NCBI GenBank assembly: GCA_040954595.2
Contig: CM082597.2
Span: 3,024,265 to 3,088,264 of the forward strand
DNA: 64,000 nt
DNA from: Balanoglossus misakiensis
Lineage: Eukaryota > Animalia > Hemichordata
Direction of reading: 5' to 3'
The notes under the pieces were generated by a model. It ran no database searches. It was not told the DNA's origin and saw only the letters and a list, made by a program, of their open reading frames with translations. Positions within the stretch are counted from its first letter, which is position 1, and each line of letters opens with the position of its first letter. Of this stretch, positions 13,175 to 22,818 are shown piece by piece. The translations under genes were made by a program, and so were the position numbers.

Positions 13175-16100
13175 GATGATTCAAATCCTACCCACGGGTA
13201 GAATTATCGGAACACAATTTGAGCACACAGCTTACCCACCACATTGCTTACAGCAATGGCGCAAATAGCATTTGCAAACTAGGTTCACTGCACAGTAGTA
13301 CCATCCACGAAATTCAGCTTTAACACTATCTCCAGAGGGCGTTGTACATTTTCCTCTGACATGAGTTGAAATGTATACGAGGACAAGCGGGATTAATGAC
13401 CAACTGGCGTATGATACTTCAAAATGAATGCCATTATTACAAGCATTCTATGACACTTTCAATATTTATGACATTTCAGAACATCACAGGGAAATGAATA
13501 TCAGAAGACGGACATATATGGACGAATTTAAGGCAAACGTGTTTATAAGCTGTACCTGTTTTGTAACAGTATGTGCCTTTCTTGCAGGAAAATGTGAGTT
13601 TTACACTTTACAAAATGTTGAGTTTACCAGCCTAATTTTGATTGCATAATAGCAACGAAAATTATGGTCACTTAACTGGATTTCTGCCATATTACCTATG
13701 TTTGGAAATGCTACATGTATAATACAAATGCGACATAGACATACAAGTCAGCCAATGTAAATTCAAATGTGTATGAATTCTAGGGCGTCTTTGCTCAAAT
13801 GTTTTCCTAGAAAGAACTTTCTTGATAGAAATATAGATATGGTTGCGATGTGGTGTCTTGTACATGTTAGACCTTGGTTTTACATGCAGGTTATTCAATT
13901 GAATTCAAAGAAGAACCAATACCAACCTTGGCCATTATCAATACAACAACGCAAATAAACTGCAGTGTTGTCGAACGTGGAGGCAAACCATTAACTTGGT
14001 ATTGGCATACTGCAGACAAGTCTACGCAGATATCTCTTGATAGTACTCTCGCTGATGATGATTATGCCATGAAGATAGGTTCCATGGGAAATGAATATTA
14101 TTATCATCTGTATATAGAAAACGTTACAACGAAATTTCAAAGAGACCACGAGTGCAGAGCATTTGATGGATCGATATCTAAATGCATCACCTTGTATGTT
14201 ATAGGTAAGATCGGGATGTTTAATGTATTTGATCTGTCCATGAATCTATTCAGTGAATTATATAATAGTTTTGAATTAAAAATGAATGTTGCATCGATTT
14301 GAATATGGCAATATATTAAAATTCTGCATATTTAAATGAGATTGATATTTACCAGAGGGAATATCACAACAAATGTACAATGCATATAAATCTAGAAGTC
14401 TACCGGCAATAATAGTGTCTTACAGATGGGTAAAAATATCAGAAGCAACAGGCACAGTTTCCACTTGCTTTTCAGTGCATGCCAGCTTTACTTTCACCAT
14501 AACTATCAACTATGAATGGGTATACACTGTCCAAATCTTTTGCGTTTTTACCTTGAATGCTGGCAGATAGCAGTGTCCCTAGCACCAGAATGAAAGTAGA
14601 TGGCCAATGAATATGAATGCAAGCATGTAGAAAAAATGGGTCAAAATATGATACAGCAATTGTACAAATGTGTGTGTGTGGATATCTTTCGCATTACAGG
14701 TAATATATCATTAAATAGGATCATGGCTCAAGTAATGTTTGTGTTATTTCACTTTATCCACAGAGTCTGGTCCAACTTGTCAGGTTTATCCAGGACAAAC
14801 AACAATACAAGGACAGGAAACAATATTCAATTGCAGCAGTGAAAATGGAGTACCACCAGGTGAAACAGTGTGGATTGTGAATGGTCAAGAAGAGTCTAGA
14901 AATGCATCACAAGAACACATATTTTCAAGATCATTTACCAGAGAGGAAAATGGAGCCACTCTATATTGTGGTATTGAATACATCACGCTACCCCCGGCAA
15001 GCGAAAGCAACTTAATGTGTGAGAGTATCACAATGAATGTACAATGTAAGGGAAAACTCTATCATATGATTCATATTCAGCCACCAAATGTTGTAAACAC
15101 ACACACACAATCTTAATTTATGAACACATCATTTTTACAACTAACAACGAGAACTCTAATTCTCAAGAACTCATGCTCAAGCTATTTCAGATGTTTTGAC
15201 AGCAACACGCTTTGGGGCTAATTATTCTTTCATCTTCAAATCTATATAGACGATGCGACACTCGCAACTGAAGTTCATGGATATGCTAGCGACAATGGTT
15301 CTGTAATTAATGGCGATGACATATATCTGAAATGTAGTGTTATTGATGCCAATCCCACTGTCACTGGAATATACTGGCAAGACAATCCTGGCGTATACAG
15401 TAGATGGTTGAACCTAACAGCAGTTTCAAGGGATGATCATGGTTTGCACAAGTGCATTGCAACAAATGAATTTTGGGATCAATCGGTAGGCACTGGAAGT
15501 ACTGAGATTTTTGTTGACGTTCAATGTAAGTAACACTTAATTAAATTTATAAAACTGCCATTTAAAACAAACATTCCTGGGATTATATATATTGTTATTC
15601 AGTCTAGGTTATATTTGGAGCTTAACTTAAGGACTAATCACATGAGTTTTTTTAATAACATAGATTCACCGCAAATTGAAGACTTTGAACAGACAATATT
15701 TGAAGTTGAAGACAGGGAATTTGAAAAACTATGCAACGTCAGTTCCAATCCTCCACCACATGTTCAGTGGATGACAACAACAGGCACTGTCTCCAATAGT
15801 GAAATACTGAGATTTGAAAATATCATGCGCGATCAAAGTGGAGACTATACTTGTGAAGCAAAAACTACATTTTGGAACAATGTTACCGTGACCGACACAC
15901 AGACGTTTAACCTTGATGTACAGTGTAAGTTTATTTTCAATTATAATGAAGTGGCATTTATATTAATTTACATGGTGTAGTAATCGTCAGTAAATTAATT
16001 CACAGTCTCTTTTAAAACTCAAAGGGATTTGAAATACCTGTATAACGAAAGTAAATTAACAAATGTCTCACACTGAAGTATATCTTTTTTTCTTAGATCC

Positions 16101-17178
16101 ACCAAGACTTGGATTGCCCATGGGGTATGTTTCTAGAGAGTATGAGAATGTCACACTTATATGTAACGTCTTAGATGCGAACCCGGCTAGTGTCGAATTC
16201 ACATGGCTTCTACCTCAAGGGGATAAAATGTCTGGTTCAAAACTTATCCTGAATGACGTCATTCGCAGTATGACTGGATTATATGTGTGTATTGGAAATA
16301 ACACATATTATGATGGCACAGAGGGCTCAGGAACTAAAACAACTTATCTTGATGTCCAATGTAAGTATTGATTGATTGTTGATAAACCTTACAAAATATA
16401 TAGTATGTGTCGTTTACATTATTTAACGTTAATGCTTAATTTACCTTATTAGTAATAAGTTCCGTTCATTTTAACAGTTGGACCTGAAATTGTAGTAGAC
16501 GCAACTTCTAACAGGATTAAAGAAAATGGCAAAGTGACTCTTCAATGTACAGTTACTTCTAATCCACCGGCAACACACGAATGGACAAAGGATGGTGACG
16601 TAATCACATCAGAATTGATTCACACCATTGACATGATCAAACGTCAGGATGCTGGTGTGTATAAATGTTCAGCTGAAACTGCATTCGATGATGGAGATGT
16701 TGATATTGGATTTGATACAACTGAGGTCATTGTGGAATGTAAGTCAGACTCTAATTTTATTTGAGTGCAAACACTTTTTTAATTTCATGAATATGAAATA
16801 TTTTGGAAAAGCATGTGCTGTATATTGATTCCAATTTTGAATTAATTTTCATTTTATGAACTTCTCACCTACAAGACATTGCAAATGTTGAAGTTACTGG
16901 GCCAACCGATGTTCTCATAGAAGGCAACCAAACCAAGATAACATGTACAGTGACTGACGGTATCCCAGATCCACACTCTATTACACTCTACCATGTTAAT
17001 GAAACAACCAATGAGGTCGACACCATGGTAAATGAGGACGGAGTCATAAACCACATTTTTGAGTTCAGGGTGATTGAACGATGGCGTCATGGCAGTTACT
17101 ACTGTGCAGCCACCACAGAATTTGTTGACGGCAGCGTTGAGAGTGGAAAGAGTGCAGAAATACCAGTATTTGTTCACT
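8275..17178. repeat. Large imperfect inverted repeat: arm 8275-12716 versus arm 13890-17178
   Basis: Ig exons of A and B have identical lengths (315, 282, 276, 261, 264, 261, 303 nt) and largely identical sequence. Several introns are near-identical too (9780-9912 vs 15526-15663; 8978-9094 vs 16361-16477; 8578-8716 vs 16739-16875). Confidence 0.92.
13175..13517. promoter_or_regulatory. Putative shared bidirectional promoter/5'UTRs of receptors A and B
   Basis: Only 343 bp separate the divergent start codons (13174 minus; 13518 plus, with an alternative in-frame ATG at 13494). Confidence 0.55.
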
Positions 17179-20100
17179 GTGAGTATTTTTTGTAAAAATT
17201 GGATTGTCTGCTGAATCATCATGTTTACATGAAGGCAGTCATTCATTTACCAATGACTCGTCATTGTATCACATAATTGCAGATCAACCTACAATACTCA
17301 ACAAGACAGGTGATGTAATTGATGCAGCTATTGGGGATACAATCACTTTTGCCTGTACTGTGGATGCCTACCCAGACGCTACCATCACATGGACTAAAAA
17401 CGGCAGTGTGCTGCAGGAAGGATCTACCAATACTTTTACAGTTAGTGATGCTGTGGTAGAAGATGAAGGAATGTATAAGTGTACTGCACATAATTATCTT
17501 GGCTATGATGAATATACTATTCAACTCAAAGTAAACATGGCAAATGGTAAGCACCATTTATTCCTAACCATTACATTTTTCGATTCTGATGATAATGATG
17601 ATTGTGATGATCAGTCAAAAGAATATGAAACTAACAACAGTATAAAATGTCAATGTCCATTTTCAGTTTCATCCACGTCACCACCACTTGTGACAATTAT
17701 ATCATCAGTGGTCTGTGTAGTGGTCGTGGTTGCAGTGACAACCATTATTGTGTTTAAAAGGTGCAGAAACACGAAGCATCCACGACAGGTAAAACAGGTA
17801 AATCGTATTTTAAACATAAATGTGTTTTATTTCATATTTATTGACCCCATAGAGATGAATAGAATTGGTTAGGTAGGACACAGGTGACTACAGAAATTAG
17901 ACCATTCTTTCATGCAAATGCATGATCAGAATTTTAAGAACATCATGCAGTGTATATGTAGAGTCAACTAAGTATACCAAGCTGGTCCTTCATTGTTGAA
18001 TTACGTAGTTGGGAGTATGTAGAAATGGGGCCTTAACGCCTGATAGAAGATATATCTAAAGACAGGGGTCGAGAAAGACAATCCAGAGTTAACACAAGGA
18101 ATGTGGCCAGTAGTTATAACTCTTGATCAGTTTTATATCACCGTTATTTGTGTTCTTCAATCCAGAGAGAAGAAAGTGAACCCTACGAAGACTTGCAGAG
18201 CGGATACCAGGTATGATACATGCTTGGGTTTTAGATTCCATCCTGAATTGACCACATCTCTATTTTCTGCAAAGAATAATTAACTATGGCCCAATTGTTT
18301 ACTTAATTACTAAAAAAATAGATTTCCCATTGTGAAAGGGCCAATTTTCAATCCCTGATGCTCGCATTAGTTGTTGACAATATGTGATGGATTGACTTGA
18401 TAAGATTTTGAACAAGGCTTTCCACCACATTCACCTCCATCTACGATTTCTTATTTATAGCCTGCAGAGTATACATCTCTTGAATTACCGGTATACACTA
18501 ATCCGATACCTGACAATGAACCTGTCTACACAAAAGTTGGAGACGTGGTGCTGGAATTTCCCCGAGAACTCGTTCGGAAGGGAGATTTCATCGGAGAAGG
18601 CACCTTTGGCAAAGTCTTCAAAGCTAAGGCACGTGACTTTGCTGGTAAAGATGGAGTGACGGTGTTGGCACTGAAGATGTTGAAAGGTAAATGTGTTTAT
18701 ATCACTGCAAACACCTGTGAATTTTAATTTAAAATCATTTACTAATTTGTTCATTGAGGATGAAGATTATAACCCTTACAAGGAACACAAACCATTTATC
18801 AGTCTGTCCAGGTAATATTTCCATACATGCATGTATTTATTGTCAATTGCTTTCTTCAGATAATGCCTCAGATGAGGATAGAATAAAATTCACTTCTGAA
18901 TTGGATTTGCTGAAACGTGTTGGTCAACATGAACATATCGTATGCATTAGAGGATGCTGTATTGACAAAGGTATGGTGTATTATATTCTGTCATTGACTC
19001 TTGTATGTATGTATGTATGTATGTATGTATGTATGTATGTATGTATGTATGTATGTATGGTATGAATAAAAATTTATGTGATGATAAAGATAACATTTGT
19101 CGCATACTACAACCACAGAACCCCGCTATATTTTGATGGAATTCATGTCAATCGGTAACCTGAAGAAATATTTAAGAGACTGTCATAAAGCAAACACGGA
19201 TAGTTATGCCAACGCCAGAGTCAAGTTATTCGACTTGAAAAATGAGGATCTCATCACATTTGCGCGGCAAGTTGCTAGTGGAATGGAATATCTGGCATCG
19301 AAAGAGGTAGGGGGACAATAGTTATGTATAGATACATGAGCTACTAGCTTACACCAATGACAGTGCGTAAATTTGCATTCTGTACCTTTGAGCAGATATG
19401 CCACAAATAGTGGTAAACACCTGAAGCATATACTTGCTAGCATATGTACCTTAGAAACTGCTCTGGCAACAGATGGTATAAAGCTGAAACAACTAACAAC
19501 CACTGGTGATTGAATGGAGAATACGAACAGTGATTTGAAGGGGCTCTATACAAACAACCACAAGGGAATCATAGTATATTAATCTGATTAATCTGATTTT
19601 ATCTTGATTGCCTAGTGTGTGCATGGTGATCTTGCTGCTAGGAACATCTTAATGAATGCCAACAGGGTTTGTAAAGTGACGAACTTTGGTCGTATTGAGG
19701 ACACAAAGATGGGTGAAGATGCGGACAGTAAACAGGTACTGAAAACACATGCGTGAAGTATAATGATGCAGACAGTAAATAGGTTCTGAACCACAACTAA
19801 CACATATATTATAAATATGCCGATTAATATATATACTGACAATAATCACAATTTATGTTTGTTCCAAAGAAACGCCTGCCAATTCGTTGGATGGCTCCTG
19901 AAGTCTTGTTTTCATCCGAGTATTCCACCCAGGGTGACGTTTGGTCATTTGGAGTGGTTGTTTGGGAGATCATCACGTTGGGTAATGAACAGTAAAATAA
20001 ATAAGTAAATAAATAAATAAAGGTAGTATGCAAGAAATGAAAGAAAGAATGAATGGATTTAATTAATTAATTATTTACCCAAGATGGGTAATGACGAAAG

Positions 20101-20830
20101 TTCATCTTTCATATCAATGGATACAATTCTTCCAGGTAACACACCATATCCGGGAATGTCATCCCAAGACGTTATCCAATTCCTTCAAGAAGAAGGTCGA
20201 ATGAGTAAACCGAAGTATTGCAACAGCGATCTGTAAGTACGGAACAAAGAGATTGTAGAGAGGAGAGACACAATGGGGAGGATGGGTGCTGAATAAGTCA
20301 AAACTAATTGGCAGACTAAACTGGACCATATAAACACGACATGGATTATATTGAGGTGTTTCTCTAAACAACTGCAATGTAAGACTGAATTGGTATCTGA
20401 AGGAAGAACAATAAGTTATGTTTTTTCATCAATAGGTACGTGTTAATGATGAACTGCTGGTCTCAGAAAGCAAGCAGACGACCATCATTCACTCAACTAG
20501 TTCGGGAACTGAAGGAATTTGAGAAAGAGAAAGAGGTATGTACCGGTATGCATAATTCAAGACTATCCGAAATTCAGTTTTCAACATTCTGCATTCGTGA
20601 TCTCTGCCATATTTGTTAGTGTTTATCGTCAAGTAACATCAGGGAAGTTCAGTGAAATGCTGGAGTCAATCTAAACTGAAAATTATCGACTTGAAGAATA
20701 AGCTTCCCAAGCATGTTTTTCCAAAACGCCTACTCATAAATTTGACAACACCTTTATTTTCTCTGTACAGCCCTATGTCGATATACACGGTGCGTATGAA
20801 GATGTGCAAGGACTGGAAATGAAAGACTGA
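13518..20830 (+). CDS. Receptor B: 8-Ig receptor tyrosine kinase-like protein (FGFR/RET-type kinase domain, probable pseudokinase) with juxtamembrane ITAM; about 1160 aa, 19 exons
   Basis: Exons: 13518-13593 (signal [25 protein letters not shown]). Ig: 13890-14204, 14764-15045, 15250-15525, 15664-15924, 16097-16360, 16478-16738, 16876-17178, 17283-17546. TM 17667-17788 (or 17797). Then 18166-18210 ([15 protein letters not shown]), 18461-18686 (PAEYTSL...LEFPRE...IGEGTFGKV...LALKMLK), 18860-18970, 19119-19306, 19616-19735 (VHGDLAARN...VTNFG), 19870-19981 (LPIRWMAPE...[12 protein letters not shown]), 20136-20232 (GNTPYPG), 20436-20535 ([12 protein letters not shown]), 20771-20830 (stop TGA). 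The frame stays open throughout. Confidence 0.9.
19003..19039. repeat. (TATG)n microsatellite in an intron of B
   Basis: gtatgtatgtatg... about 9 units. Confidence 0.9.
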
Positions 20831-21139
20831 CTGCACGATTCATCGCTCTGCTCTGACTGCAATTTAGACTGACCTTCTTAGCAAATTTCCTCACAGAAAA
20901 CAGCAAGACATTTCAACATGTGTGATGCAGAAGATTAAATCATATGCTTGCCTTATAACCCTACTATAACCCAACTATAGAAAGAAACGCAAATGCACTT
21001 TAAGTAGAAGTTGGCAATCTCCAGAACATCTGCTTGTAGCATTCTATACATATGCCAATGAAATCATAATATTCAATATAATCCTAAAAACAGACGACAC
21101 AGACATTTCTTAATTTCAATGTAAAAGATCAATTTCACA

Positions 21140-21145
21140 TTTATT
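21140..21145 (-). terminator. Candidate polyadenylation signal (AATAAA) of PRDM10
   Basis: tttatt on the plus strand about 1.1 kb past the PRDM10 stop. PRDM10 and receptor B converge tail to tail. Confidence 0.35.
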
Positions 21146-22280
21146 TCCAATATGACAGATAATAAGTCATTCCTATATAATTCCAGAGATAAATCAAAAT
21201 TGAACCACAAAAAAGCAATATACAAGCAGACATATTGACACTGACACAAACTAACAATAACTGGAATTTTTGAAGAAAAAAAATCTGAAAACTACAAGGT
21301 TAAATTCTTGTCTCAATTTCAAGTAAACACTTCAACAATTTATATGATATGCAGCCCCTAAAGGGCTGGGACCAAAGCAGGCCAACAATTACTTGTAGCT
21401 CATCTCAATCTTGATTTAATCAGAAAGCAAGGTGTTATTGTTGTCATGTTTATAATTAAAGATTTGGTTTAAACTAGAAAAGAAAATACATCATCCGGAC
21501 AATGGGGTACAGTGTACAATGCAAGCAGCTACATTTGAAACTGCTGACAGTATGAAACTCAAAGTGGTATGCTTCTACACAAGTACCAGTAACTGCATAC
21601 CATGTAAACACCTAAGGAAATCTTTTTAAAATATAAAATGAGACAACAGCCAAATATCTTCGTTTTGACATTTTCGCAAAGGGACAAAATTCAGCTTGTA
21701 AAGCCCCGTTCTGTGTAGTGTAACCCTGGTACAAACTCTCACCACAACTAATCAGAACTGAATGGGAATTAAACTGTTCCAAAAAACAAGCAGATTGTAA
21801 ATGGTTCTGCGACCTTATATGAAAATGGGACACAATGAAAATGTCATGGTTAGCATTTGCTTAGATAAGAAAATGTTGATACCGTATTATAGTGATAATT
21901 TCTGGGAGTATGCGTAGTTATTGTCTCCAATATTTCACAAGCTAAGCAATATTTTTCTGGCTGAAACAATTCTCAACATTAAATTTAGTAGTGGTTTCAA
22001 ATGTTACGATTTTCAGAAGTGATACAACTTTCAAAACTCGTATATGGCCCCTATACTTTAAAATACACATGGCGCCAAAATGTACAGCCAGAGATGAATA
22101 TATTCAAACAGGCTAAGTCCACAAAGTTTTCTTCACAAAGGAAAAATGCAGCAGAAATGAGAAGGATTGAAACTACGAACTCTGGTGAGCTAGCATTTTT
22201 GTCAAGTGACAACATGAAATGCATGAATAGAGTTTTGAATGAAGTCCAAAAGTTCAACTGCTGTTTTGTGACTGTGGTGC

Positions 22281-22786
22281 TCAGCGATAGTTGTAGTTCT
22301 GCCACGCGCGTGAAACGAACACCTGGTTTCCCTGTACGGTGACGGGTACTTGTATCTGCGTTGTGACTTGTTGGTGCTGCTGCTGTTGTTGTTGGGCCTG
22401 CTGTTGTTGGGCCTGCTGCTGCTGTTGGGTTTGTTGTTGCTGCTGCTGCTGTTGCTGGGGCTGTTGCTGCGTCTGGATGGGACTCATGGGCTGCGGCGCG
22501 TTCTGCAGGTGAGTGAGCTGCGGCTGCTGGAAGTGGGTGGGCGACTGCCGCAGGTGGCTGACGTCCACGGTGGAGTGGGACACCGGGATGGCCTGCTGCA
22601 CCAGGTGCGTCTGCACAGTCTGCTGCGCGATCCGCTGCGTGATCTGCTGGTACTCGGCTGGCTGCGGGCGGTACTCGCTCAGCGTCTGCGACAGCTCGCT
22701 CATGGCCTGTGTCAGCAGGTCTGCTGCTTGGACGGCCTCTTGCTGGGATGTTACGACGGCCTGTTCGATGAATCTCACTTGCGTTG

Positions 22787-22818
<32 letters not shown>

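Noticed and set aside
14150-14165. Siglec-like sialic-acid-binding Arg on the F strand of Ig1 (ECRAF in B, ECKAY in A)
   Set aside because: Single-residue coincidence; the Siglec-specific cysteine pattern is absent.
8275-17178. Inverted duplication as an assembly artefact or haplotig
   Set aside because: The arms differ by many substitutions, two whole exons and distinct signal, TM and tail exons, and both give intact ORFs. Long-read confirmation is still advisable.
7585-17872. Individual Ig ORFs as separate small genes
   Set aside because: Each is bounded by AG/GT sites in phase 1 and joins into two multi-exon genes; the ORF ends are intron read-through.
13518-20830. Calling receptor B a true FGFR, RET or VEGFR orthologue
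   Set aside because: The kinase is FGFR/RET-like, but the ectodomain is shared with receptor A, there is no acid box or cadherin domain, no long kinase insert, and catalytic motifs are altered. No symbol assigned.
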